Made by a program: the position numbers and the translations under genes
In this document: in pieces, positions 1-10,373 of the stretch
How the letters are laid out: every line of letters begins with the position of its first letter
Position numbering within the stretch: the first letter of the stretch is position 1
Notes under the pieces: model-generated
Seen by the model: only the letters and a program-made list of their open reading frames with translations
Databases searched by the model: none
Told to the model about the DNA's origin: nothing
Assembly (NCBI GenBank): GCA_965200425.1
Contig: CBDAUA010000002.1
Coordinates: 65,392-129,391, forward strand
Origin: Arenicellales bacterium
Lineage (GTDB): Bacteria > Pseudomonadota > Gammaproteobacteria > Arenicellales > JAJDZL01
Direction of reading: 5' to 3'
DNA: 64,000 bases

Positions 1-447
1 ATGGTCCTGAAATATAACCTTTTGTTTTGGTTGCAACTTAAAATTCTGAGAAGGGAGTTCTTTTTTTGGTGAATAACAGTCGCCAAGATTACTTGATATT
101 TTTGAAAGTTCGGATTCGAGTTGATAATTTGAAGTATTGATTACCTCAATTCCAAACTGGATTGCCTTCGTTGTGCCATCACCAGATTTAATTGCCCTTG
201 TTATCCGACTAAAAGTAATCTTGTCTCTAATTAGTCTTTTTTGCTTGTAGTCAAAATAACTATTGAGCATCAGCATTGTGCAAGCACCTACAATGAATGC
301 TCCAACATATATATGAAAGATCGGCACTTCCTTGACATATCCTATGACTAAAGTCGATATAACTGACAATAGGCTAAGTCCGTAATTGTCAAAAACCCAA
401 CGACAAGTTTCTTTAAATACATTTTTCGCAACGTCTTTGTAGTTCAT
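1..447 (-). CDS. hypothetical membrane protein, partial (3' end runs off the window start)
   Basis: Absent from the ORF track because it has no in-window stop. I checked manually that the reverse frame is open for all 149 codons from ATG (447-445) to position 1. It begins MNYKDVAKNVFKETCRWVFDNYGLSLLSVISTLVIGYV...IYVGAFIVGACTMLMLN: two hydrophobic helices followed by a polar domain. No family recognised. Confidence 0.45.
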   Translation of the reverse strand, partial: MNYKDVAKNVFKETCRWVFDNYGLSLLSVISTLVIGYVKEVPIFHIYVGAFIVGACTMLMLNSYFDYKQKRLIRDKITFSRITRAIKSGDGTTKAIQFGIEVINTSNYQLESELSKISSNLGDCYSPKKELPSQNFKLQPKQKVIFQDH

Positions 448-552
448 AGTTTCATCTAATAAACCTTCCTTGTATGTTGTATCAAGGGGATAATTACTTT
501 GAGTAAAATAGCAATATTTTAAGATTAGCTACTTGCATAAGGGATTCTGACA

Positions 553-1071
553 TTGAATTCAACCATATTAAAAATCTTTCAGCCAAGCTTTCGGATCACG
601 ACGATGGGGATTGCTTTGGTTTGCACAGTAATGGTTGGGATTGCTTTATATTTCCAATATGTCCTCTACTTAGATCCTTGTCCTCTTTGCATGGTTCAAA
701 GGTATGACATGATCATTATTGGAGTGTTAGGGCTTGCGGCATTTATTCATCATCCAAGTAACCGCGGACGTCTCGTTTACTTGATTTTTATACTGTTTTT
801 TTCTTTGGTGGGGACTGCTGTCGCCGGTCGTCACGTTTATTTGCAAAATCTACCAAAAAACGAAATTCCTGAGTGTTTCCCGGGAATTGAATTCATTGTT
901 AGCAATTTTCCAATCATGGATGCATTAAGGATCATATTCACCGGAACAGGCGAGTGTGCAGAAACGTTGTGGACTTTCCTTGGAATCAGTATTCCAGGTT
1001 GGACGCTAATCGCGTTTGCCGCATTTACAGTCGCTTCGTTCGTCCAAATTCGAAAACTGAAAAGAGTTTGA
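553..1071 (+). CDS. dsbB: disulfide bond formation protein B
   Basis: 172 aa with four hydrophobic segments. The first loop has the CxxC in the DsbB context LDPCPLCMVQRY, and a second Cys pair follows (PECFPG ... GECAE). TTG start at 553; alternative ATG at 604. Confidence 0.85.
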   Translation: MNSTILKIFQPSFRITTMGIALVCTVMVGIALYFQYVLYLDPCPLCMVQRYDMIIIGVLGLAAFIHHPSNRGRLVYLIFILFFSLVGTAVAGRHVYLQNLPKNEIPECFPGIEFIVSNFPIMDALRIIFTGTGECAETLWTFLGISIPGWTLIAFAAFTVASFVQIRKLKRV

Positions 1072-1091
1072 CGAGTTTCAAGGATTCTTTG

Positions 1092-2873
1092 CTAAAGAAG
1101 TTCGCTTTCAGGCCACAGATTTTCCAAAGTGTTCTCTGATTTTCGCCAGAGATAGAATTTTTGTTTCCGTCTCGACTTTTGGTTCGCTCGAGTCCAAGCT
1201 CGCTGAAATGAAAGCCAGAGCGACTCCCCATCCCAGGTTTCAAGTTGATTGGAATAGCGAATCTGATCCAATGACCTCAACTGCGTTGTCAATGATTCAC
1301 TTTGTAAACGCCTACCGATTTCAGGCAAATTTCTGGGTGGGCTGTGTGTCCACTGCTGTTGCGCCCAATCCAAAAGTACCGCACTAGCAGTTTCTGCGCT
1401 GCAGTCTTTACAAGCGAGACGCAATTCTCGCAAGAGTTTTTTCTTCCTCTGCGTCCTACGTTCCCGATCAGCGGATTCAAACTGATTTTGTGCATTGACA
1501 CGTCCTCGGTTGTAATACCAAATTAATATTGTCAACAACCACAAAATCAAGAGTCCGAAACTCAACCATTTCCAAATTTGTTGACTACCACTTTCAACAA
1601 ATTGATTCAAATTTTGCTGACTTAAAGGTTCGTCTTCCGTACCGAAAACCCCATCGTCTAAAGATAAACTTGGAATTCCTAAACTTGAAATTGAAGGTAA
1701 ACTTGCTACTTTTTCGCGGTCTTCATCGACATCCCACCAAACAATTTTGAACTCGGGAACTACAACATTGTCAGCCCTTTGGGGCATAACTACATACTCC
1801 TCCAATCGCTCCCCCAAAATCCATGCCGAGGACTGTTTCGTTTTCAATTCCGGAGCGTTTCTATAGATTCGAGTAGATGAGTTTTCTTCGAATGTCAATG
1901 AAGGTAGCTGCAATGCTCTCAATCCCTCTGCTTGAATTGAAATTTTTCTAGTTTCAGGCGTGTTTAATTGGAAATTTGGTAAATTGTTTTCCCATGAGTC
2001 TTTAAGCTCTAAGTTTCGAGCGGGAAGCCAGGTGGTACCACTAAATGTGATTGGCTTCGGGCGAACTGAAAATTCAGTTGGATTTGAACTAATCCGTTCT
2101 CTTGTATACTTCATTCCGTCTTTACCGTTTCTGCCGACAACACCATTAAATTCAACCGCAGAAATCTCCATATCTCCACTATGTTCTGGAAAGATAGCAA
2201 ATCGTTTTTCAATTACCCGATAATCGAGATTGGCGAGCTGCATACCATACCTTCGATCCTGTCCAATCTTCTCAATTTGACTATGTTCAAGCGTAGGATC
2301 GGAGACTGATCCTTCTGGAACTGCTACATCATTCGAAATATACAAACGAACAGTAAAAGTTACTTGCGACTGCACGTATGGATTCTCGGGTTCTATTTGT
2401 GTTTCAAGATAGATTTCGTCTCCCACCGTTAACACATTGCCCGAGAAATGCTTAACTTCTAGATCAATCGGTAGCGTCCTTTTGCTTTGAATTGATATTG
2501 CTGGAATATGAGTAATACCGAGTTGTAGGGGTTTGATTTCGATAATCCAACTGTGTCTAAACTGGTGAACGCCGTTAGTAACAAAGATACTAGTCTGGGA
2601 GGTTTGACCAAGAATCTCAAAGTTCTTTCTAAGGGAAGTCAAGTCAGGCGCGTCATCAACTGGAACCGTACCTGTCGCGGTGATAATCAAATTTACAGAT
2701 TCGTCAAAAAAAATAGGAGTTCGGTCAAGTTCCGCAGTTACCTCGAAATCCTTCATCATCTCAAATTTGGTGCGAGAATCTATGCCAGGAGACCACGCAT
2801 TGGATATGGCCCAGCTTGTCGGCGAATAAGCCGAAAACACCCATACAAAGAGCAAAATTATCCGATTTATCAT
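1092..2873 (-). CDS. BatD-like (oxygen-tolerance family) envelope protein
   Basis: 593 aa. Signal peptide MINRIILLFVWVFSAYS, a long beta-rich region, one C-terminal TM (WKWLSFGLLILWLLTILIWYY) and a basic tail. Last gene of the MoxR-vWA operon, 18 nt after the BatB-like gene. Confidence 0.65.
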   Translation of the reverse strand: MINRIILLFVWVFSAYSPTSWAISNAWSPGIDSRTKFEMMKDFEVTAELDRTPIFFDESVNLIITATGTVPVDDAPDLTSLRKNFEILGQTSQTSIFVTNGVHQFRHSWIIEIKPLQLGITHIPAISIQSKRTLPIDLEVKHFSGNVLTVGDEIYLETQIEPENPYVQSQVTFTVRLYISNDVAVPEGSVSDPTLEHSQIEKIGQDRRYGMQLANLDYRVIEKRFAIFPEHSGDMEISAVEFNGVVGRNGKDGMKYTRERISSNPTEFSVRPKPITFSGTTWLPARNLELKDSWENNLPNFQLNTPETRKISIQAEGLRALQLPSLTFEENSSTRIYRNAPELKTKQSSAWILGERLEEYVVMPQRADNVVVPEFKIVWWDVDEDREKVASLPSISSLGIPSLSLDDGVFGTEDEPLSQQNLNQFVESGSQQIWKWLSFGLLILWLLTILIWYYNRGRVNAQNQFESADRERRTQRKKKLLRELRLACKDCSAETASAVLLDWAQQQWTHSPPRNLPEIGRRLQSESLTTQLRSLDQIRYSNQLETWDGESLWLSFQRAWTRANQKSRRKQKFYLWRKSENTLENLWPESELL

Positions 2874-2891
2874 TAGAATTCTAACTTAGGC

Positions 2892-4634
2892 TTACCACTG
2901 TTGTGAAGGTGGTAGTCGCTGCATTCGTTCTGAAAATTCGTAATGGAATTTTCGACGTAAGAGACCACCGGGATCGTCGGGAATTTGACGCATCCATTGT
3001 TCCATGACTTGAGACAGCTCTTCATCTATTTCTGACTGAATCTTTGTTTTATCCTCAGAACTTGCCTGGGCTAGCTTAAAGTTTTCATCTTTCGAACGTT
3101 CATTTCCCATCCTTTGCTGCCCTGAACTTGAATTGACATCTCCTTCTTTCTGAAGACCCTGCTTTTCCTTTTCACCAACGTTCGGAGGCATTCCTTCTAG
3201 CGCGTCATTCAGACTCTGGTCATTGCGAGGTGCACCTTGGTCCTTTCCTTCATCTTGTCCTTGTTCACCTTTACTTTGTCGATTCTCAAGAATGCGTTTG
3301 ATCAAGTCTAAATTAAATAAGGCATCTTCAAATTCGGAATCAATCTCAATCGCTTCTTCGTATTTTTCTATCGCACCCTCTAAATTCCCCAGCTTGGCAA
3401 GGGTATTTCCAAAGTTATATAAACTGACCTTATCATCGTGTTTACGAAATTCTAAACCAGCTTCATCATACCTTTCTTGACGATAATTTGCGATCCCATT
3501 CCACTGCGAATTTTCGAGCAATGATGGATCATCAAATTCTTCGTTCACTACTGCATACTGTGCTCTTTGGTCTGATCTTTGCCATAATTTCCCCCATTCA
3601 ATCGCTTCCGATTGATTTGGAGTGCCAATTAACAAGAAGCCGAATCCAAACAACCAACCGCGACGAAACAGCAATGCAACCATTGGCACCAAGATCAATA
3701 AAAATATCGGACCGCGATCTTTCCAGTTCACTGTTGTAGCCTGAACATTTTCATCCAATTTAAATTTATCGCGACCTAAATTTTTTATCAAACCCTTTTG
3801 CTCAGAATCCTGCATTGAGATCAAAAAAAACTTACCACCACCTGCTGTTGCTACATCAGTGAGAGAGCCCTGGTCTACGTGCACCAAAATAATCTCTCCG
3901 TCATTATCTTTGAGAAACTCTCCAGCCTCAACCTCAATAGGCCCACCACTTGTAGTACCTACTCCAATGACCGATACACGGTAGCCCATATTCTTGATAC
4001 GTTCAGCCTCGGAAGCTGCGGCACGATCTACACCATCTGTGATCAGCACGATTGACCCAGTCTTGTACCCAGAGTTTTGCAACAAATTAACAGCGCGACT
4101 CAATCCTTCACTCGCTAGACTTCCTTGAATCGGCATCATGCTCACCTGAAGTGATTGCAGCAAATGAGTCACAGTTGCAATATCGTCGGAAACTGGTGTT
4201 ACATCAAACGCACTACCCGCAAAAACAACCAATCCTATCGCTCGGTCATCGTTTTGCTCGATGATTTCGATGGCTTTGTATCGAGCTTGTTCTAGGCGGT
4301 TTGGCTTCAAATCGATCGACTGCATGGACAAAGACAAATCAAACACGAAAACGGCTGCTTCTAGACTTTCGTAAAGACTAGTTTCTTCCTTGTCCCAGGC
4401 TGGACCAGCCAGTGCTACAACTGCGCATGTCCAACCAAACGCTGCTAAAAACCGGCTGAAAATTGATGAAGAAGTTGAGCGACCTACCATCAAGTGGGGC
4501 AGTAATGATGCGTCGCAAATTTGTGACCAACTCTCACTATTTCCGCGAGTCGTGATATATGCCATAAACAATCCCAATGGAAGTAACAGCAACCACCACG
4601 GTCGCAGAAATACAATGTCAGGTAGTTCTAGCAT
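2892..4634 (-). CDS. vWA-domain protein BatB-like with fused TPR (BatC-like) C-terminus
   Basis: 580 aa. N-terminal TMs, MIDAS DxSxS (FDLSLSM), LITDGVD, an internal TM, then TPR-like repeats (ANYRQERYDEAGLEF, LGNLEGAIEKYEEAIEIDSEF) and an acidic low-complexity tail. Confidence 0.8.
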   Translation of the reverse strand: MLELPDIVFLRPWWLLLLPLGLFMAYITTRGNSESWSQICDASLLPHLMVGRSTSSSIFSRFLAAFGWTCAVVALAGPAWDKEETSLYESLEAAVFVFDLSLSMQSIDLKPNRLEQARYKAIEIIEQNDDRAIGLVVFAGSAFDVTPVSDDIATVTHLLQSLQVSMMPIQGSLASEGLSRAVNLLQNSGYKTGSIVLITDGVDRAAASEAERIKNMGYRVSVIGVGTTSGGPIEVEAGEFLKDNDGEIILVHVDQGSLTDVATAGGGKFFLISMQDSEQKGLIKNLGRDKFKLDENVQATTVNWKDRGPIFLLILVPMVALLFRRGWLFGFGFLLIGTPNQSEAIEWGKLWQRSDQRAQYAVVNEEFDDPSLLENSQWNGIANYRQERYDEAGLEFRKHDDKVSLYNFGNTLAKLGNLEGAIEKYEEAIEIDSEFEDALFNLDLIKRILENRQSKGEQGQDEGKDQGAPRNDQSLNDALEGMPPNVGEKEKQGLQKEGDVNSSSGQQRMGNERSKDENFKLAQASSEDKTKIQSEIDEELSQVMEQWMRQIPDDPGGLLRRKFHYEFSERMQRLPPSQQW

Positions 4635-5655
4635 TATTTCTGAAATTTGGCACCGAAATGGAATTCAACGAAGGCAGATTACTACGCAAAATAAGAGCTG
4701 TAAGTAGAAGCATCGAAAAACCAAGTAGCCATGGATAAAGCTCGCTCACTGAAGTTCTAGTCGTTTCATCACCTTCAATCGGTTCATATTGATCGATTTT
4801 ATGGTACACCTCTTCTAGCATTTGAGGATTGGATGCATGAAAGAAGAGTCCTCCCGTCAATTCAGCGATTTGCTCTAAATCATGACGAGAGCGCGAAGCC
4901 GACTGTTCAGCTGAAGAAAGTCCATAGCTTGGTCCTATTCCGATGACGAAAATTCGAATCCCGTGCTGTAACGCTAACTGCAGTGCTTGCAGCGGTTCAA
5001 GTGATCCTGCTGAATTTTCACCATCCGTCAACAAGATTAAAATGCGATTTTCGGCGGGTCTCTCCCGTAGAACCTTTACGGCAAAACCAATCGTGTCCCC
5101 AATGGCTGTACGCTGACCAGCGAAACCGACTTTCGACCCTTTTAAGAATTCCACCAAAGTCTCAACATCAAAAGTAAGTGGAGCATACAAATACGGCTTG
5201 CTTCCGAAAAGAATCAGCCCAACTCGATCTCCTGCTCTACGCTTCAAGAAATTACCTGCGATGTATCGAACTGCTTCAAATCTAGATACATTTGAGACGG
5301 AAAAATCCATTTGTCGCATGCTTCCCGATATATCGAGTGCGACTAAGAGGTCACGTCCTGTAACTGGTACGTTTACTGTTTCATCAATCCACTGTGGTCT
5401 CGCGGCCGCGAGAATCAGTGCAATCCAAGCCAAAATCGCGAATCCGATCCAGACAATTGATTTGGTTTGAGCTTTTAAAAATTGGTGAGAAACCTCTTGA
5501 AAAAATGGAACTTTCATAGAGGCTTCCTTTTGGGTGTATTTTGGAAGAGCGAATCTGACGATTAACGGCAGTGGAAAAGCAAGCAGCATCCATATCCAAG
5601 CAAAACGAAGCATTTGATGAATCCCTACAAAACTTTCTTGACCCATGCTCGACAT
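4618..5655 (-). CDS. vWA-domain membrane protein BatA-like
   Basis: MIDAS LDISGSM and LLTDGENS, with N- and C-terminal TM segments. The likely true start is the internal ATG at 5613 (MLRFAWIWMLLAFPLPL), which removes the 31-nt overlap with the upstream gene. Confidence 0.8.
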   Translation of the reverse strand: MSSMGQESFVGIHQMLRFAWIWMLLAFPLPLIVRFALPKYTQKEASMKVPFFQEVSHQFLKAQTKSIVWIGFAILAWIALILAAARPQWIDETVNVPVTGRDLLVALDISGSMRQMDFSVSNVSRFEAVRYIAGNFLKRRAGDRVGLILFGSKPYLYAPLTFDVETLVEFLKGSKVGFAGQRTAIGDTIGFAVKVLRERPAENRILILLTDGENSAGSLEPLQALQLALQHGIRIFVIGIGPSYGLSSAEQSASRSRHDLEQIAELTGGLFFHASNPQMLEEVYHKIDQYEPIEGDETTRTSVSELYPWLLGFSMLLLTALILRSNLPSLNSISVPNFRNNARTT

Positions 5656-6083
5656 AGATCAATTAAAGGTTGAACATCTTCCACTTTTTGTCTCGCGTAT
5701 GGTGCAGTCACAAGAAGTTGGCCTGGTCCTTGGGTAAATTGATCGGTTTCTCCACTTTGATCTAGAAATTCCAACCACTTTTTCCCTGTCAAGCCAGCCA
5801 CTTGGGCGCGAGGAAATTTTGTGAGCGCGACTCTCCGAAGCAAAATCGACAATTCAGCCACTGCGGTTTGTGAGTCTTTATTTTGTAGATCTGTCACTAT
5901 CTGTACAACGGAATTGCGAGCGAATCGTGTATAGAGGCGTCGGAAACTATAGATTAAAAGTACTACCGAAAGAATTATCAATAGTGTTAATACCCACCAC
6001 CCAAATGCGGGTGGCCAGAACGATGGATCCGGTGGCAAAATAATGTCCCGAAGTTCGGCGAGCGGGTCAATACCTGGATTCAT
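5625..6083 (-). CDS. DUF4381-type membrane protein
   Basis: 152 aa. LRDIILPPDPSFWPPAFGWWVL followed by a single TM. It sits between DUF58 and BatA, as in other MoxR/Bat operons. Confidence 0.7.
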   Translation of the reverse strand: MNPGIDPLAELRDIILPPDPSFWPPAFGWWVLTLLIILSVVLLIYSFRRLYTRFARNSVVQIVTDLQNKDSQTAVAELSILLRRVALTKFPRAQVAGLTGKKWLEFLDQSGETDQFTQGPGQLLVTAPYARQKVEDVQPLIDLCRAWVKKVL

Positions 6084-6116
6084 AACTAGTGTGGGACATG
6101 TAGATACAGAAGGATG

Positions 6117-7070
6117 CTATCTAGTGCGTTGATGTAGACGTTGATGACGGGACATTCGCAGTTTCCACCCAGATTTACTGTGAAAGGCTTGAAAAATTTT
6201 TTGCACTACATCGTCGCCTGGCTCTAATTCGATTATTGATGCTCTTAGTTTGCGTAGTGCACTTTTAGTATTCTGATTGCGCGTATCAAGTAAGCTCTGT
6301 AAATTGTTCCTGTTTCCCTTGGTAAACAAATGCAGTACAGAAAATCGAATACTATCCGTAACCGGGTAAAATCCCCGAGGTAGGGCTTCGCGTTCAATTC
6401 GGTCCAATATCCAACAAGTAGTTAAAAATTTCCGGCGACTTAACAACTCTAAGCTGTGCAAAGCTTGTTCCGACAATGATGCAAAATCACTGATTAAAAC
6501 AATGAGATCACCTGATCGTACTTTTTTCTTAATCGCGCCACATGCATCACTTAAACTTAGGGTTTCTTGACTTTCTTCAGCGGACTCGCGACTGAGTTCG
6601 CTTAGCATGGAAAAATGTCGTAACAAACCTCTGGAACTTGAAGTCGATGGCGCTTGCTTCAAATTGGAATCGTTGTAACAAACGGTATAGACTAAATCAC
6701 CTTGCTGAATGGCTGTCCATGCGAAAAGTGCAGCCGTTTGTGCTGCGATAACAGATTTAAATGCCACGCGAGTTCCGAAACGCATCGTTGACGATAGATC
6801 GACAATGAGATAGACGGTGCGTTGTTTGTCTTCTCGAAATACTTTGGTGTAAGCAACTCCAGTACGTGCAGTCACGCGCCAGTCGATCATCCGCGCGTCA
6901 TCACCAGTCGCATATTTTCGAGACTCCTCATATTCCATACCTCGGCCCAAAATCGCAGAACGAGTTTTACCGGCAAAGTAGAAGGATTGATTTTGTGGCA
7001 AACGTAATCCGTGAATCTTGCCACGCAATCGCAGCAAATTCTCAATTGATACGCTCGTGCCTTCTAGCAT
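6117..7070 (-). CDS. DUF58 family (vWA-like, MoxR-associated) protein
   Basis: 317 aa with the DUF58 core YATGDDARMIDWRVTAR. Lies immediately downstream of the MoxR ATPase. Confidence 0.8.
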   Translation of the reverse strand: MLEGTSVSIENLLRLRGKIHGLRLPQNQSFYFAGKTRSAILGRGMEYEESRKYATGDDARMIDWRVTARTGVAYTKVFREDKQRTVYLIVDLSSTMRFGTRVAFKSVIAAQTAALFAWTAIQQGDLVYTVCYNDSNLKQAPSTSSSRGLLRHFSMLSELSRESAEESQETLSLSDACGAIKKKVRSGDLIVLISDFASLSEQALHSLELLSRRKFLTTCWILDRIEREALPRGFYPVTDSIRFSVLHLFTKGNRNNLQSLLDTRNQNTKSALRKLRASIIELEPGDDVVQKIFQAFHSKSGWKLRMSRHQRLHQRTR

Positions 7071-7084
7071 GAGTATAGGAAGAC

Positions 7085-8104
7085 TTAAGGAACTGAAACG
7101 ATGGAAATAATTTCCCGAATGATGTCATCGACATCGATGCCATCCGCGTCTGCTTCGTAAGAAAGCAATAGTCGATGTCGAAGTACGTCAAAAGCCACAT
7201 TCTGAATATCAGCGGGTGACACATAATCTCGTTCGTCCAACCAAGCATGTGCACGTGAACAAACGTCCAACGCAATAGTCCCACGTGGGCTCGCACCTAT
7301 CTCTATCCATTTTTCAAGCTGGGAGCTATAGCGACCACTGTTTCGGGATGCATCGATCAACTCGAGAAGATATTGCTCAACAGTATGCTCCATGTGAACA
7401 GCATAGACTTCTTTTCGAGCCGCAAGAATGGATTCGTATGAAACTTTCCCATAATCGGGAAATAGTGGCTTTTCGCCTCCTATCGCTTCTGCTCTCGCGA
7501 TATTGAGAATCTTTAGTTCCTGAGATTTTTCAGGATAAAGTACACGCACCAACATCAAAAACCGGTCTCTTTGCGCTTCCGGCAATGGGTAAGTTCCCTC
7601 ATGTTCAATGGGGTTTTGAGTAGCCATAACCAGAAATAAAGAAGGCAATGGATAGGTCTGGCTACCAACAGTTATTTGCCGTTCTTCCATTGCTTCCAAA
7701 AGAGCCGACTGAACCTTGGCTGGAGCTCGATTGATCTCGTCTGCTAGTATGACTTCGTGAAAAAGCGGGCCTTTTCGAAACTCGAAATTACCGGATTCTG
7801 GTCGATAGACATCTGTACCGGTTAGATCTGCCGGCAGCAAATCTGGTGTAAATTGAATTCGATGAAATTCACCATCGATGTAGTTTGCCAAATGTTTTAC
7901 AGAACGAGTTTTCGCAAGACCAGGAAATCCTTCGAGAAGCAAGTGTCCACCACACAATACCGCGATCACCAACCGATTGATAAGATGCTTCTGCCCGACA
8001 ATCTCCTTAGAGAGAAAATCCGGGATTTTACGAATTTCAGATGATGAAATCTCCTTGGTCTTAGCTTTCCAAATTACATCTTCTGAACTAGCTGGCACTG
8101 CCAC
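7085..8104 (-). CDS. MoxR-family AAA+ ATPase
   Basis: 339 aa. GFPGLAKT Walker A, ILADEINRA Walker B, ATQNPIEHEGTYPLPEAQRDRF. GTG start. Confidence 0.9.
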   Translation of the reverse strand: MAVPASSEDVIWKAKTKEISSSEIRKIPDFLSKEIVGQKHLINRLVIAVLCGGHLLLEGFPGLAKTRSVKHLANYIDGEFHRIQFTPDLLPADLTGTDVYRPESGNFEFRKGPLFHEVILADEINRAPAKVQSALLEAMEERQITVGSQTYPLPSLFLVMATQNPIEHEGTYPLPEAQRDRFLMLVRVLYPEKSQELKILNIARAEAIGGEKPLFPDYGKVSYESILAARKEVYAVHMEHTVEQYLLELIDASRNSGRYSSQLEKWIEIGASPRGTIALDVCSRAHAWLDERDYVSPADIQNVAFDVLRHRLLLSYEADADGIDVDDIIREIISIVSVP

Positions 8105-8125
8105 ACCCTCACAATGTCGAAAAAA

Positions 8126-8884
8126 TCAACTCAGGTGCTGATGAAAGAAATCTAATGTTCGAGACCAAGCCAGTTTAGCATCTTCTGAATCATGCTGATT
8201 TGAGGTAGGATTCGCAAATGCATGGTCTGCGATATACCAATGATTCTCGTACGATTTACCTGCTTGATCCATAGACTTTTCAAAGCCATTTACCATTTCT
8301 TCATTGATCCACTGATCTCGTGTCGCAAAATGACCTTGTACAGGTCCTTTAAGGCCGCTTACTTCCTCGGCACTTTTCGCACAACGACCATAGTAAATTA
8401 CTGTCGCATCTACTGGCGTTGCAATCGATGTATTGAGCGACCATCCACCACCAAAACACCAACCAATCGTTCCGACTTTACCATTGCTATTTGGATGATT
8501 TCGCAAATACTGAACCCAATTCACGAGTGTTTCTGTGGCTGTATCCAGGTGAACCGAATTCATAAGATTTCTAGCCAGATCAGGTGAGTCTGCCACTTTT
8601 CCACCATACAAATCTACGGCGAGAGCGAGATACCCCAATTCTGCCAATTGCAAAGCCACTTCCTTGATTTGACGATTCAACCCCCACCATTCATGAATCA
8701 ACAATACAGCACCCGTTGGAGAATTTTCAGGTTCGACAAAATATGCAGATACCTTTTCATCGGCTGACCAAATTTCTGCCTCGACCATACTTTCCTTTAG
8801 ATTCGCGAATGCGTTCTTGGAATTGACAGCAGTCATTACCAAGGGTACAGCTCCAATCTTTTTTATTGCGGTTCGACGATCCAT
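8126..8884 (-). CDS. dienelactone hydrolase family protein, probably exported
   Basis: 252 aa. Tat-like N-terminus MDRRTAIKKIGAVPLVMTAV..AFA. Alpha/beta-hydrolase with a GWCFGG nucleophile elbow and a C-terminal ADHAF motif. Confidence 0.75.
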   Translation of the reverse strand: MDRRTAIKKIGAVPLVMTAVNSKNAFANLKESMVEAEIWSADEKVSAYFVEPENSPTGAVLLIHEWWGLNRQIKEVALQLAELGYLALAVDLYGGKVADSPDLARNLMNSVHLDTATETLVNWVQYLRNHPNSNGKVGTIGWCFGGGWSLNTSIATPVDATVIYYGRCAKSAEEVSGLKGPVQGHFATRDQWINEEMVNGFEKSMDQAGKSYENHWYIADHAFANPTSNQHDSEDAKLAWSRTLDFFHQHLS

Positions 8885-9022
8885 TTCATTTCTCCCTTAA
8901 AACATTCCTGCATAAGTCAAAAAAATTTATTTTAGCAAATTCAAATGGTTATTCTCGAACGACTAAAGTGCAGCCAAGCCTTTATTCTTAAACGAAGTGT
9001 TTGATTGAAATTTTATAGAAGT

Positions 9023-9769
9023 CTACCCTTTCGCGGAACTCTGATTCTCCACTTCCAACGCAGCTTTAGCTAGTTCTTCGTCATCTGCCAAATAAAAATT
9101 TCTGATGGGTTTTAGATCATTATTTAGTTGATAAACCAACGGAATACCTGTTGGGATATTCAAGGATGTGATTTCATCCTCAGACAAATTGTCCAGATAC
9201 TTTACGAGTGCTCTTAGGCTATTACCGTGTGCCACAATGAACAGTCGTTTGCCTGAAGAAATTTCCGCCGCGATTACATTTTCCCAGTATCGAACTACTC
9301 TTAGGTAGGTGTCTTCGAGTGATTCCGCCGCTGGCACGGCGATTACATTTGCATATTGCAGATTGTCCTGTAGCTCACTGGTTTGTTCCTTTGACATCGC
9401 GGGAGGGCGCGTCGAATAACTTCGCCGCCAAATGTGCACTTGTTCCTCACCGTGTATTTTTGACATTTCACGTTTATTCAGTCCCTGAAGTGCGCCGTAG
9501 TGTCGTTCATTGAGTTCCCAATTGGTGCGTACCGGTAGCCACATTTGGTCTAGCTCATCCAATGCAAGCCATAAAGTACGAATCGAACGTTTGAGCAGAG
9601 AGGTTAAGGCCAGGTCGAAAACGTAACCGTTTTCCTTCAACAGTTTACCGGCATTTCTTGCTTCTTCGATCCCTCGCGGAGACAAGTCAACATCAACCCA
9701 GCCGGTAAAGCGGTTTTGTAAATTCCACTCACTTTGGCCATGGCGGAGCAACACCAATTCAATTGTCAT
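9023..9769 (-). CDS. gpmA: 2,3-bisphosphoglycerate-dependent phosphoglycerate mutase
   Basis: LVLLRHGQSEWN phosphohistidine motif and AHGNSLRAL. 248 aa. Confidence 0.9.
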   Translation of the reverse strand: MTIELVLLRHGQSEWNLQNRFTGWVDVDLSPRGIEEARNAGKLLKENGYVFDLALTSLLKRSIRTLWLALDELDQMWLPVRTNWELNERHYGALQGLNKREMSKIHGEEQVHIWRRSYSTRPPAMSKEQTSELQDNLQYANVIAVPAAESLEDTYLRVVRYWENVIAAEISSGKRLFIVAHGNSLRALVKYLDNLSEDEITSLNIPTGIPLVYQLNNDLKPIRNFYLADDEELAKAALEVENQSSAKG

Positions 9770-10373
9770 TTCGATTCACCATTTCAGTAAGCTGTTGAAC
9801 CAAACCTCGCAAGGCTTGGCCGCGATGACTAATCTCGTTTTTCTGTGCAGTGTCCAACTCTGCCAAAGTACAGTTTCTAGTTGGAAGCCAAACGATGGGA
9901 TCGTAGCCAAAACCAAAATATCCCTGTGGTTGATGATGAACAGTCCCATACAAAGTGCCTTCTGAAATGACGGGGGAAGGGTCCTTTGCATTTCGTAAAA
10001 ACACCATTACGCAGCGAAACCTACAACTGCGATCTTCCGCTCCTTCTAGCTTTCCAAGCAATTTTCGAATGTTTCTTTCGTCGTTGGCTCCTGGGTCGGA
10101 GTAACGAGAAGAAGTTACACCGGGCTCGCCATTTATCGCATCTACGACCAATCCTGAGTCATCTGCAATTGCTGGTAATCCAGTATGAAGGCTCGCATGA
10201 CGCGCTTTGATCAGTGCATTTTCTACGAACGTGGGCTGATCTTCTACAGCTTCCGAGACATTGAACTGTGATTGGGCAATCACCTGGATAGACGTCGGCT
10301 CCAACATCCGACCAATTTCCATGATCTTGCCAGGATTACCTGTCGCCAACACAATTTTCGAGAGATCTTTCAT
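9759..10373 (-). CDS. rdgB: non-canonical purine NTP pyrophosphatase (RdgB/HAM1)
   Basis: [13 protein letters not shown]-terminus, FGFGYDPI and SHRGQAL. 4-nt overlap with rph. Confidence 0.85.
   Translation of the reverse strand: MKDLSKIVLATGNPGKIMEIGRMLEPTSIQVIAQSQFNVSEAVEDQPTFVENALIKARHASLHTGLPAIADDSGLVVDAINGEPGVTSSRYSDPGANDERNIRKLLGKLEGAEDRSCRFRCVMVFLRNAKDPSPVISEGTLYGTVHHQPQGYFGFGYDPIVWLPTRNCTLAELDTAQKNEISHRGQALRGLVQQLTEMVNRNDN

Noticed and set aside
5613-5655. 31-nt overlap between the DUF4381 gene and the BatA-like gene.
   Set aside because: An internal ATG at 5613 gives a typical BatA N-terminus (MLRFAWIWMLL...). The overlap is likely an artefact of the longest-ORF rule.
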